A stretch of 49,524 nt of DNA from an archaeon. GTDB taxonomy: Archaea > Iainarchaeota > Iainarchaeia > Iainarchaeales > 0-14-0-20-34-12. The stretch's first letter is position 1. Every line of letters starts with the position of its first letter. Below, one piece after another: positions 28,814-37,696 of the stretch. Both the position numbers and the translations under genes were made by a program. The notes under the pieces are model-generated. The model saw only the letters and a list, made by a program, of their open reading frames with translations, made no database searches and was not told where the DNA came from. Where the stretch lies: NCBI GenBank assembly GCA_038046645.1, contig JBBSVU010000010.1, positions 1-49,524 on the forward strand, written 5' to 3'.

Positions 28814-29518
28814 TTAACCTTCAATGACTATAATGTTGCTTGCCAATGTTTCAATATTTTTGCCCTCACTTTCTATTGTTATTAATTTAGGCTTGTTTTG
28901 GCTTCCTGCCTTTATGCTTTTAATTATTCCCTGGTGGCCTGCGTGTGTGCCGCCCATTACATAAACATTTTTTCCTTCTTCTAATGGCAATTCCTTCAAA
29001 ACCTTATTGTCATTAAGTGAAATCTTTAAGCTGTCACCGTTGTTTAGTTTGGTTTTTTCAACTACCAGAGTTCGGCCATCTTGCGTTCCTATTACATATT
29101 TTCCGCCTTTCTTCACTGATTTGCTTTTCACTTTGCATATCTTTGTATTCGCTTCTTTTTTATCAATTTTTTTAACCATAAATCTTCCTTTGCTGTCTAA
29201 TTCTGTCCTGTATTTTTCATCAAGCCCTTCAATTTCAATAACATCAAATAATCCAACAGGATATTTCAAGTCAGACCTTATGTTTCCGCTTACTTTTAAT
29301 TTCCTTTCCTTTACTATGGCTCTTGCCTCTTTCTTGTTTCTTACTACCTTCATTACTTCCCTTAACATTGCAAGTAGGGGTATTGAATCTGATTTTGCAT
29401 TTGGCCCGGCCCTTGATTTTACTGCCCACTTAAATTTCTTCCTGTCAAACAACCTTTTTTTGCTTGAAGTAAGTGCCTTTTCCTTTCTGCTGTTTCCTTT
29501 ACTGGCCACTTTGCTCAC
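28814..29518 (-). CDS. rps4e: 30S ribosomal protein S4e
   Basis: AGP...SIPL...LR, YPVGLFDVI, DGRT, GGTHAG. Confidence 0.94.
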   Translation of the reverse strand: MSKVASKGNSRKEKALTSSKKRLFDRKKFKWAVKSRAGPNAKSDSIPLLAMLREVMKVVRNKKEARAIVKERKLKVSGNIRSDLKYPVGLFDVIEIEGLDEKYRTELDSKGRFMVKKIDKKEANTKICKVKSKSVKKGGKYVIGTQDGRTLVVEKTKLNNGDSLKISLNDNKVLKELPLEEGKNVYVMGGTHAGHQGIIKSIKAGSQNKPKLITIESEGKNIETLASNIIVIEG

Positions 29519-29885
29519 CCTTTGCTTTTTCCTTGCCTCTTTTTAAAGCGGCAATCCTTTTTTTGTCATCCAATATCAAATTAATAATAATCATGTTTGA
29601 TGCCCTTAATGGAATCTGCTTCTCAGTCCCAGATACCTTTTTTCTTGATATTCCCTCAACATAAGCTATCATCTTTCCACAGTCTATTTTTGTTACCTTT
29701 CCTGATTTTCCCTTAAAGTCTCCCCTTACTATCTTTACTTCATCGCCTTTTCTTATTGGGAATGACCTTTTTTTGTATTTTGCCCTTAATTCCTTGCTTA
29801 AATGCCCGGCGATCTGCTTTCTTTTTGCGTGCAAAGGTGCCTGATAAAATCTGGCCCTTTGTTTTCCTGGTTTGCTTGATATCAT
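29499..29885 (-). CDS. rpl24: 50S ribosomal protein L24 (uL24)
   Basis: SSKPGKQR, APLH, LSKELR, IRKGDEVKIVRGDFKG. Confidence 0.96.
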   Translation of the reverse strand: MISSKPGKQRARFYQAPLHAKRKQIAGHLSKELRAKYKKRSFPIRKGDEVKIVRGDFKGKSGKVTKIDCGKMIAYVEGISRKKVSGTEKQIPLRASNMIIINLILDDKKRIAALKRGKEKAKGEQSGQ

Positions 29886-29903
29886 TTATCTCACCAATAA
29901 AAA

Positions 29904-30302
29904 TCATGCTATCTGTGTTGCTAACCCTAATACTTTTGGGAATCTGTCCCCAACTTCTTTTGCAACATATCCTTTAACCTCTGTTGCCTTTGGCACTCCT
30001 TTATCATCAACCAATACAACAGCATTATCCTCGAATTTAACTGTTAACCCATTTGCCCTTCTTAGGCCCATCTTACTTCTAATTATTACGGCTCTTTCAA
30101 TTTTCTTTCTCATTTCAGGCTTACCTTTTTTTACAACAACGTTTACTAAATCGCCTATTCCTGCTTTAGGGCTCATTCTTTTTCTTGTTCTGTGGCCGAA
30201 TACGCTAATTATGTAAACCTCTTTGGCTCCTGAATTATCTGCGCATGTGCACATGCTTAGCCTTGTAAGCCCTCTTCCCTGCTTTACACTCATTGCCTTC
30301 AT
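29904..30302 (-). CDS. rpl14: 50S ribosomal protein L14
   Basis: CADNSGAK, VVKKGKPEMRK, FEDNAVVLV. Confidence 0.97.
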   Translation of the reverse strand: MKAMSVKQGRGLTRLSMCTCADNSGAKEVYIISVFGHRTRKRMSPKAGIGDLVNVVVKKGKPEMRKKIERAVIIRSKMGLRRANGLTVKFEDNAVVLVDDKGVPKATEVKGYVAKEVGDRFPKVLGLATQIA

Positions 30303-30709
30303 TTCTCTCTCCCCAATATTTTAGTTATCACAAAATTTTTGGTTTTGCTTAACTTTCTTGTTTCGCCGATTTCGACAATATCTCCTACTTTGGCATTTAT
30401 GCAAAGCGGATTATGAACATTCAACCTTGACCTTACTTTTTTATACCTTTCAAATTTTTTGACATATTTTGTCAGGGACCTTATTACAATAGCATTCTTT
30501 GGAACCTTTGCACTTATCACAGTTGCTTCAAGCACATTTCCCCTGACACTCACAGTCCCGTGGTAGGGGCATTTTTTATCGCCGCAATCCTTTAATTCTA
30601 TCTGTGCCGCTGTTTTTTCCTTGTGCTCTTCCTTATTTATTTCTATTTCCTTTTCAAGGGATTTTGGTTTTTTTTCAGCAACCTTCTTTTTCTTATGTGC
30701 ACTTTCCAT
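30299..30709 (-). CDS. rps17: 30S ribosomal protein S17 with charged N-terminal extension
   Basis: CGDKKCPYHG.VSVRG, KFERY, HNPLC, ETRKLSKTK. Confidence 0.95.
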   Translation of the reverse strand: MESAHKKKKVAEKKPKSLEKEIEINKEEHKEKTAAQIELKDCGDKKCPYHGTVSVRGNVLEATVISAKVPKNAIVIRSLTKYVKKFERYKKVRSRLNVHNPLCINAKVGDIVEIGETRKLSKTKNFVITKILGREK

Positions 30710-31001
30710 GATGTTTCCTCCAGAATTGTTTTATTCGGTCTTCTGGCTTTGATTTTAATAAAATACCTTCAATATCAATCTTTTCCTTGTTCGGCAATTC
30801 CAATTCCAAGGAAACTTCTTTCTTCGGAATTGTTTTTAAGGAACTGTTTGTTTCAAGAATTATTGTGTTTTCTGTTTCATCCACAATCATTCCTTTCAAA
30901 CCATCCTTTTTTTTATCACCGCTTTTTATCCTAACCTTCAAGCCTATTATTTCATGTGCTAGGATATTCTCCTTTTTAATCTCATAATTATGAATCATCA
31001 A
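30693..31001 (-). CDS. rnp1: ribonuclease P protein subunit Rpp29
   Basis: HEIIGL.V, G.IVDET.NT, IPK, KPEDRIK. Confidence 0.92.
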   Translation of the reverse strand: MMIHNYEIKKENILAHEIIGLKVRIKSGDKKKDGLKGMIVDETENTIILETNSSLKTIPKKEVSLELELPNKEKIDIEGILLKSKPEDRIKQFWRKHHGKCT

Positions 31002-31293
31002 TCATTCCTTCATTGTAACCTTCTTTTAGCAAAAATCCCTTTACCTTCCTTCTGTGCTCTCCCTGCAATTCAATAGTATTTTCTTTTATTGTTCCACCAC
31101 AGGCCAAGAATCTCTTAAGTTTTGTGGCTAATCCCTTCAATTCCTCCGTACTTCCCAATCCATATACCTTGGTTACAACCTTACCAAATCTTCTCCTGTC
31201 TATTCTTACTTTTATTATTTCAGTTTCCTTTGCAATCTGCCCACAGATGCAAAGTTCTTTGACTTGCCCGCATTTTGTGCAAAATTCACTCAT
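30988..31293 (-). CDS. translation initiation factor aIF1 (SUI1)
   Basis: RRRFGKVVT, LK..LACGGT.K...IELQGEHR. Confidence 0.94.
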   Translation of the reverse strand: MSEFCTKCGQVKELCICGQIAKETEIIKVRIDRRRFGKVVTKVYGLGSTEELKGLATKLKRFLACGGTIKENTIELQGEHRRKVKGFLLKEGYNEGMIDDS

Positions 31294-31294
31294 T

Positions 31295-31681
31295 TTATTT
31301 TTTGACCCCTTTTTTCTTTTTTATTATTTTTTTAACAACATTTTTTTTCTTTTGTTTTTTCTCCTTCTTTGCTGCAACCTTTTCATGCCTGTGCAATTTG
31401 TGCACTTTAGGTTCAGCATGTTTCCTTGTTTTTTCCTTTATTTCCTTGTGCTCTTCTGTAATTTCTTTAGGAGTTTCAATTATTTCTCCGGAAAGTTTTT
31501 TCTGGTTTAATACAGTTAAAATCCTGGCAATATCCTTTCTTGTATTCCTTATCTTTGTTGGTTTTTCAGGTCTTGTGCCTGATGCAATTACTGCTCTTTC
31601 TTTGGATAATTCTATTTTAAGTGTCCTTAATTTAGCTTCTAATTCTAATGCTGACAATGTCCTTAATTCAGCTGCCTTCAT
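31295..31681 (-). CDS. rpl29: 50S ribosomal protein L29 with long Lys/His-rich C-terminal tail
   Basis: ELR.LS..EL..KL..LK.EL, IR..RKDIARILTV. Confidence 0.92.
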   Translation of the reverse strand: MKAAELRTLSALELEAKLRTLKIELSKERAVIASGTRPEKPTKIRNTRKDIARILTVLNQKKLSGEIIETPKEITEEHKEIKEKTRKHAEPKVHKLHRHEKVAAKKEKKQKKKNVVKKIIKKKKGVKK

Positions 31682-32691
31682 TTCTCTTCAACCCTTTCTT
31701 CTTTTTTCTCTTCCGTCTTTTTAGCATGCTCTCCTTCTGCAATTTCTTTATGCTTAGCTTTCCATTCTTCTGTTTTTTCCTTGTGCTCTTCCGCAGGTTC
31801 TTTATTTTCTTTATGTTCGGCAGCTTTATGCTCAGCCTTCTTCTCGCCTTTTTTTTCATGCTTTACAAATTTCTTTTTCTCATCCCGCTCTTTTTCAGCA
31901 ACAGGTTCTGCTGCTTTTTCAGTATTCTCTTTTTTTTCTAAGGGTTTTTCTTCCATAACCTTTTCTACAGGCTTTTCTTCTATTGCTTTTTCTTCATTGG
32001 CCACAACAGCTTCTTCAATTTTATCGGCTATTTGTATTGCCGGTTTTACTTCAACAACATTTTTTGCTGCCTCGGCTTTAGCCTTTGATTTTTCAATTAT
32101 TTCTTTAATTGAAATCTTATCCGGGAATATTGTTCCAGGCCTTATAATCCTTAATTTTATCCCAATTGCCCCAGCTTTGGTATATGCTGTGCCTTTTGCA
32201 TAATCTACAAGTTCAGTTAAATGCCCTGCTTTTTTCATATATCCTTTTGAAATTCTGTGCTTCATTTTTCTTCCGCCCTTGCCTGTTAATTTTCCTTTCA
32301 GTACAAGGTCGATGCCCATTGCTCCTCTTCTTAAAGTATCTTCAGCTGTCCTGAATGCAACGCTTTTCCAGGCAAATCCCCTTTCAATCAATGCAATTAT
32401 CTTGTTTAAGGTAGCTTTAGCATTTAATTCTGGAACTTTAATTTCATTAATTTCCAATTGAGGATTTTCTATCTTGAATTTTTCCCCAATATTCTGTGTT
32501 AATTGTGCAATTGTTGATCCACCTTTTCCAATTGCCAATCCAGGCCTTGTAACATCTACAATAATTCTTGTTACTAACGGAGTCCTGTTTATGGCCATTC
32601 CACAAAACCCTGCTTTGTTCAATTCTTTCTTCAAGTAATCCTCAAGGTTTATTCTCTTTATTCCTTCCTGGATGAAAAACTTTTCAATCAT
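31678..32691 (-). CDS. rps3: 30S ribosomal protein S3 with long Glu/Lys/His-rich C-terminal tail
   Basis: RPGLAIGKGG KH domain, GKL, GYMKKAG, GAIGIK. Confidence 0.95.
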   Translation of the reverse strand: MIEKFFIQEGIKRINLEDYLKKELNKAGFCGMAINRTPLVTRIIVDVTRPGLAIGKGGSTIAQLTQNIGEKFKIENPQLEINEIKVPELNAKATLNKIIALIERGFAWKSVAFRTAEDTLRRGAMGIDLVLKGKLTGKGGRKMKHRISKGYMKKAGHLTELVDYAKGTAYTKAGAIGIKLRIIRPGTIFPDKISIKEIIEKSKAKAEAAKNVVEVKPAIQIADKIEEAVVANEEKAIEEKPVEKVMEEKPLEKKENTEKAAEPVAEKERDEKKKFVKHEKKGEKKAEHKAAEHKENKEPAEEHKEKTEEWKAKHKEIAEGEHAKKTEEKKEERVEEK

Positions 32692-33173
32692 TGCTTCACC
32701 TTTTTAGTAGTAATTCCTGGGATTTCCTGTACAATTATTTCAATATGCGTAGATTTTCTTCTTCTTACCTTTCCGCCGATTTTTCCCTTTGTTTGCATGC
32801 TTTTCCTTCTAAATCCATATGCCGCGTGGCAATGTCTTATTACTAAAGCATCAGCATCAAGGCCTTTTTCCTCTGCGTTATTTTTTACATTTTCAATCAA
32901 TGAAAGCCAAGTCTTAGCCAAGAATACCGGATAACGGCCAGCCATTAATCCCTTGCCTTTCCTATGCCCTACTTCTTTATGATAGATTCTTAACGGCAAG
33001 CAGGCTTCCATATTTATTATCCTATTAAGTAAAGCCTCTGCTTTGCTTACTGGCCAGCCCCTTATTAGATGGCACAATTCAACCGAGAATTTTGTGCTTA
33101 TCGGGGCATTCTTTGCCATTGCCTTGGCAAATCTCTTTCCTCCCATCTGTGCTTGATAATTTTCCTTTACCAT
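32688..33173 (-). CDS. rpl22: 50S ribosomal protein L22
   Basis: ISTKFSVELC, GRYP, NAEEKGLD, THIEII. Confidence 0.94.
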   Translation of the reverse strand: MVKENYQAQMGGKRFAKAMAKNAPISTKFSVELCHLIRGWPVSKAEALLNRIINMEACLPLRIYHKEVGHRKGKGLMAGRYPVFLAKTWLSLIENVKNNAEEKGLDADALVIRHCHAAYGFRRKSMQTKGKIGGKVRRRKSTHIEIIVQEIPGITTKKVKQ

Positions 33174-33184
33174 AAATATTACCT

Positions 33185-33586
33185 TTACTTTCTTGTTGCG
33201 ATTGCAGTGCTTGATTTTGTTGCACCAATCCCTGCTTTTCCATGCCTTACCCTCTGCCTTGTCAAAGCGAATTCTCCTAAATAATGCCCTATCATTTCTT
33301 CATTTATTAAAACCGGGAAGAATTCCTTGCCGGTATAAACTCCGAATTGCAATCCAACCATATTTGGCATAATTGTAAAATCCCTTAGATGTGTCCTTAT
33401 GGCTTTAGGGGTTTTTCCTAATGCTAGAATTTTTTTATTATTCTCAATCCTTTCCAATACTTTTTTATTTAATCCTTTTAGGATTGTTTTCCTTTGCCTT
33501 GAAGGCATTAATTTCGCAATCTCTTCATTATTCATTGATTGCAACTCTTGCAAGGTTTTTCCTCTATATACAAATATCTTAGCCAT
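33185..33586 (-). CDS. rps19: 30S ribosomal protein S19
   Basis: YRGKT, IRTHLRD, MIGHYLGEFALTR..V.HG..GIGAT. Confidence 0.97.
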   Translation of the reverse strand: MAKIFVYRGKTLQELQSMNNEEIAKLMPSRQRKTILKGLNKKVLERIENNKKILALGKTPKAIRTHLRDFTIMPNMVGLQFGVYTGKEFFPVLINEEMIGHYLGEFALTRQRVRHGKAGIGATKSSTAIATRK

Positions 33587-33590
33587 ATAA

Positions 33591-34310
33591 TCACTTCTTT
33601 CTTCTTCCTGTTCTCTTTGATGCTATTGCACCTACTTTTCTGCCTGGAGGTGCATTTCTTGAAGTACTTTTACTTCTTCCTGGGTGATGCTGAGCTCCAC
33701 CAAATGGATGGTCACAAGCATTCTTTGCTACTCCCCTGCATTGCCAATATTTTACGGTTTTAGCCCTTGCAGCATGATATGCTGTTCCTGCTTTAACCAA
33801 AGGTTTCTCTCTTCTTCCACCGGCTGCTGAACAACCTATTGTTGCTCGGCAATTTACCGGAACAATCATTGTTTTGCCTGACGGCAATTTTATAGTTGCA
33901 TATTTGTCATCTTTTGATTCAAGTAAAGCATAACTTCCTGCTGCCTTTACAACCTTTCCGCCGTCTCCAGCTTCTCTTTCAATATTAAATACAGGGCATC
34001 CTTCAGGCAAATATGATAATGGAACAATATTTCCAACAGTTACTTGATTTGTTGCCCCTGATACTATATCATCGCCAATAAATAATCCTTCAGGTGCTAT
34101 AACATAATTAATTATGCCATTCTCAAACAAAACCTTTGCTAGAATATTATTTCTTCCGCTCTCTTTAATCAAATCAACAATCTGGCCTTTTAATACAGGG
34201 TTTTCAATCATTACTTTTAGTGGGTAATATGAGGTAGCTTCCCCCTTTCTCTGGTTCCTGAAAGTAGGGCTTCCTTTTCCCCTTCTTTGGCTGTATAGAC
34301 TTTTACCCAT
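33591..34310 (-). CDS. rpl2: 50S ribosomal protein L2
   Basis: QRRGKGSPTF, RGVA.N..DHPFGG, APPGRKVG.IA..RTG. Confidence 0.97.
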   Translation of the reverse strand: MGKSLYSQRRGKGSPTFRNQRKGEATSYYPLKVMIENPVLKGQIVDLIKESGRNNILAKVLFENGIINYVIAPEGLFIGDDIVSGATNQVTVGNIVPLSYLPEGCPVFNIEREAGDGGKVVKAAGSYALLESKDDKYATIKLPSGKTMIVPVNCRATIGCSAAGGRREKPLVKAGTAYHAARAKTVKYWQCRGVAKNACDHPFGGAQHHPGRSKSTSRNAPPGRKVGAIASKRTGRRKK

Positions 34311-34321
34311 TTCACATCACA

Positions 34322-34606
34322 TTATATAATTCCTAATTTCACTGCGATATCATTTGCCTTGAATTTTTTATTGATCCTTACAAATGCTTTTTTCCTTCCC
34401 TTCATGTCATTTACTACATTTATCGAATCAATTTTAACATCATATAAATCTTCAATCGCTTCCCTAATTTCTTTTTTGGTAGATCTTTTATTCACTACAA
34501 ATACCAATTTATTTTCCTTTTCAATTGCATTTACTGATTTTTCTGTAATCAAAGGATGCAGTACAATATCATAGCTCTTTAAGTTAGTCAATCTTGTTTC
34601 AGCCAT
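34322..34606 (-). CDS. rpl23: 50S ribosomal protein L23
   Basis: PLITEK, NKLVFVV, KKAFV, AVKLGII. Confidence 0.95.
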   Translation of the reverse strand: MAETRLTNLKSYDIVLHPLITEKSVNAIEKENKLVFVVNKRSTKKEIREAIEDLYDVKIDSINVVNDMKGRKKAFVRINKKFKANDIAVKLGII

Positions 34607-35411
34607 AGAGCTCACCCAATTTCATGAATGCGTCTTCGCTCCAAAGAACTAAGCGGCCTGCATGGGTCCCTGGTGCAAGCAATTCAGCATTTAATGAATC
34701 AACTGTGCAAATATCTACTCCCTCTAAATTTCTTGCTGCTTTATACACATTGCTTTTCTTTCCAGTGACAATCAAAAGGCTTATTTTATGCTTGTATTTC
34801 TTTCCCCTTAATTTTCCCTTTCCTGCCCTTAAATGCTTTTTATCCTTTGCATTCTCAACATCTGAATAAACATTTAATTTTTTCAGAACATCAACAACCT
34901 TTTTTGTTTTGTCTAAGTTCTCAAAGGTATTTTCGATAACCAAAGGCAATTCAATTTTGTCAGAAATTTTATGCCTTGCCAAAATAAGTTCTTTCTTTGC
35001 TGTTGAAGCAATTGCGCTTTTCACAGCCTTTTTTCGTTCCTTGTCATTTATTCTTTCAATAAGTATTTTTCCCACTTGTGGCGGATGAGCTTTTGGCCCT
35101 CCTACTGCCCTTGGCACACTTATAACCCTACCTTCAATTAAATGCCTTCTATTCTTCATTCTTGGCAATCTTGCTCTTTCAATATTAATTGTTCTTTCTT
35201 GAGTTGGCATATCTCTCATTCCTTCATATTCAACAGAAAAATCCCTTCCAGCATAAGGCTTTACCCCTTGCGGTTGTAAATTAGCTGTGTGGATTGCAAT
35301 TACTGCCCTTCTGATTAATTTATCATCGTATTTTTCATTGAAAACATTTGGAACATTTACTTGCTTCAAAACCTTGCCGTCAATAGCATAGACATTTGTT
35401 TTACTCTGCAA
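34599..35411 (-). CDS. rpl4: 50S ribosomal protein L4
   Basis: ARLPR, GGPKAHPP, RAGKGKLRG, LLAPGTHAGRL. Confidence 0.95.
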   Translation of the reverse strand: MQSKTNVYAIDGKVLKQVNVPNVFNEKYDDKLIRRAVIAIHTANLQPQGVKPYAGRDFSVEYEGMRDMPTQERTINIERARLPRMKNRRHLIEGRVISVPRAVGGPKAHPPQVGKILIERINDKERKKAVKSAIASTAKKELILARHKISDKIELPLVIENTFENLDKTKKVVDVLKKLNVYSDVENAKDKKHLRAGKGKLRGKKYKHKISLLIVTGKKSNVYKAARNLEGVDICTVDSLNAELLAPGTHAGRLVLWSEDAFMKLGELYG

Positions 35412-36411
35412 GCAAACTCACCTTTTCAAATTCATAAGTAGGATTCCTTAATGGCCTTGTTGCAAACCTTATTGCTATTGGCCTTTTGGCTGCTCCGCCG
35501 ACAGATCCCTGCACTATTAAAAATTTGTTTTTTACCTTCCCATATCTCTTGAAGCTGTATGCGTTTAATTCTTCAGCATTTCCTATCACTAAGATTTTTT
35601 TGTTAAATTCAGTCCTTGTATGGTAGCCAACCTGCCCTGCCCTTGGTACAGTGAACATTACTGTTGCAGGATGCCATGGCCCTATTGAACCAATGCATCT
35701 AATATACTTTGATTTTGGCCTGTGTTTTTTGACACCATATCTTTTTACTACTCCGCCAAATCCTTTTCCTTTTGTTACTGCTTTAAAATCCAAAAATTCC
35801 TTTACCTTAAATACTTCATCAACTGAAATATCCTTCCCTAATTTCTCTTCAGCAAATTTTAATTGCTCTTCAACCGTTCCTTTTAATGATAATTCTACCA
35901 AATCAGGCTTTTTCTTAGGCATGCCTGTCAAGTATGGCTGGGTATGTGCAAGCAATCTCACTTCACATATTTCATCCATAAGTTTTCTGAAATCAACATC
36001 CTTCTTTTCTTCAACCTTTTTTTCTTCTTTATCTTTTCCTTTCTTTTCAACTTTTTTATGTTTGTGAATATGCAATTTTCTTGCTAGATGTTTGTCCAAA
36101 TTAGGGGCCCATTTTTCTGCCAGTGTTTCTCTTCCGCCCTGTATCTTTTTGTAAGCCCTGATTCCAAATACTTTAAGGTTAGGAACTTCAATTACTGTTG
36201 CGGGAATTACCGCTTCCTGATTTGCAATAACCGAGCCTTTTCTTAGGTCTATTCCATAAACCTGTAGCATTCCAGCTTTATATCCCAAAAAGTTTTTTAT
36301 AGTAGAATCAGTCTTTCCTTTAAATTTGTGGAAATGTGCTACGTGATGCTTTGCCCTTACTCTTGGATAATACTGTAAGGAACCAGCCCTTGGTTTACTT
36401 TTTTTAGCCAT
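35401..36411 (-). CDS. rpl3: 50S ribosomal protein L3
   Basis: PRAGSLQYYPR, GYKAGM, TKGKGF.GVVKR.G, GSIGPWHP, GQVGYHTRTE. Confidence 0.97.
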   Translation of the reverse strand: MAKKSKPRAGSLQYYPRVRAKHHVAHFHKFKGKTDSTIKNFLGYKAGMLQVYGIDLRKGSVIANQEAVIPATVIEVPNLKVFGIRAYKKIQGGRETLAEKWAPNLDKHLARKLHIHKHKKVEKKGKDKEEKKVEEKKDVDFRKLMDEICEVRLLAHTQPYLTGMPKKKPDLVELSLKGTVEEQLKFAEEKLGKDISVDEVFKVKEFLDFKAVTKGKGFGGVVKRYGVKKHRPKSKYIRCIGSIGPWHPATVMFTVPRAGQVGYHTRTEFNKKILVIGNAEELNAYSFKRYGKVKNKFLIVQGSVGGAAKRPIAIRFATRPLRNPTYEFEKVSLLAE

Positions 36412-36690
36412 TCAATTTTCACTCTTATTATTATTCTTTAATATAAGCGCGCAAATTTTAATATAAAAGCCAAATAAATCTTTTTGTAAAGTTACTTGCA
36501 GACATGCCTTGCATATCTTAGAAAGTACCACTCAAAAGGGATCTCTATTGTGGCATTTATACATCAGCGCATTTTGAATAAGGTACGAATCCACTAAATT
36601 TCCATTTTTAATATAATAAAATGGAAATTTACTGTCTGTCAAAAAAACAACATAGTTTTTCTGACATGCCGATATACAGTGTACCTAATT
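36412..36690 (-). promoter_or_regulatory. candidate structured 5' leader of the rpl3 ribosomal superoperon
   Basis: Nested stems 36581-36686 plus further hairpins; G-U pairs favour the minus strand; TATA-like TTTAAA at about 36714-36719. Confidence 0.5.
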
Positions 36691-36729
36691 ACATTATTCT
36701 AACTATGAAGCTTTTTAAACCTACCGTCT

Positions 36730-36788
36730 TTTCTTTTTCTCTTAAGAAGAGAAAAAGAAAATACAGGTTGTCAAAAGAAAAAGAGAAA
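36730..36788 (+). repeat. palindromic ~60-nt repeat (copy of 18533-18592) followed by degenerate AGG-N5-CAAAAAGAA units to about 36904
   Basis: TTTTCTTTTTCTCTT/AAGAGAAAAAGAAAA hairpin 36729-36761. Confidence 0.65.
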
Positions 36789-37058
36789 TAAAAAAAAGCT
36801 AGGTGCTACAAAAAGAACTACTAAAGTTAGGTGTTTCAAAAAGAAAAGAACTGTTTCCCAGCTAAAAAATGAAAGAAGCTTTGTTGCCCCAAAAAAGAAA
36901 GAAACTATATATAATTTCCTAAAGGAATTTTAAATAGCCTAAAGATTTATAGAAATTCCATAAGAAATTATATTTAGCATTAAGAAACTAATTATTTCTT
37001 AAGGAAAAATCATTCAAAATGTTGAAGCATTTCAATAGGTGCTGCTAGTTTTGAACTC

Positions 37059-37100
37059 TGTTCTATTTAAAAGAACAATTGTTAACATATTGTTAACAAT
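37059..37100 (+). promoter_or_regulatory. TATA box with palindromic operator candidates for the MNT-HEPN operon
   Basis: TGTTCT-ATTTAAA-AGAACA 37059-37077; ATTGTTAACA repeated at 37078-37087 and 37089-37098. Confidence 0.5.
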
Positions 37101-37117
37101 ATTACTTTGGTGAAAAA

Positions 37118-37696
37118 ATGCTTGGAAGATTATTTCATTCGATGGCAAAGGCTAAGGTTTTTGGGATAGTGCTATTTCAAGACGGATTGCATCTTAGGGA
37201 AATTTCCAGGCTTGCGCATGTTTCCCCATCTGAAACTAAAAAGGAATTGGACAATCTGGTAAGCACAGGGGTATTAACTAAAGATAAAAAGGGGAACCAA
37301 ATTTTTTTCTATGTAAACAATGACTGCTCCTTTTTAACCGATTTAAAAAACCTGTATTTAAAGACTGAAGGCATATTTAAGCAGATAAAAGAGAAACTTT
37401 CTGAAGTTGGTGGGATTGAGTTTGCATTTATCTATGGCGGCACAGCATCTGGCAATTTTTCTCCAAAGGGGGACATTGATGTTATGGTAATCGGCAGTGT
37501 TGATGAGGGGAAGTTAACCCTGAAACTGTTTGAGTGCCAGAAAAAAATTAAAAGGGAAATAAATTTCGTTAACTGGTCAGAAAAGGATTTTTTGGCAAAG
37601 GTTAAGGAAAAGGGTTCATTTATACGTTCGCTGGTTGAAAATAAACGGCTTTGGCTTATAGGGGATAAAGATGGATTTGAAAGAATTGTTAAATAA
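37118..37696 (+). CDS. wHTH-MNT minimal nucleotidyltransferase antitoxin
   Basis: N-terminal HTH (HLREISR..ELDNL..G.L); YGGTASG..GDIDVMVIG; KREIN. Confidence 0.88.
   Translation: MLGRLFHSMAKAKVFGIVLFQDGLHLREISRLAHVSPSETKKELDNLVSTGVLTKDKKGNQIFFYVNNDCSFLTDLKNLYLKTEGIFKQIKEKLSEVGGIEFAFIYGGTASGNFSPKGDIDVMVIGSVDEGKLTLKLFECQKKIKREINFVNWSEKDFLAKVKEKGSFIRSLVENKRLWLIGDKDGFERIVK

Noticed and set aside
31668..31859. Lys-rich alternative-frame ORF overlapping the rps3 tail
   Set aside because: By-product of A-rich low-complexity sequence; the rps3 frame is continuous and coupled to rpl29
36760..36904. Semi-regular AGG-N5-CAAAAAGAA units as a possible CRISPR array
   Set aside because: Units are degenerate, spacers too short and A-rich, and no cas genes are present
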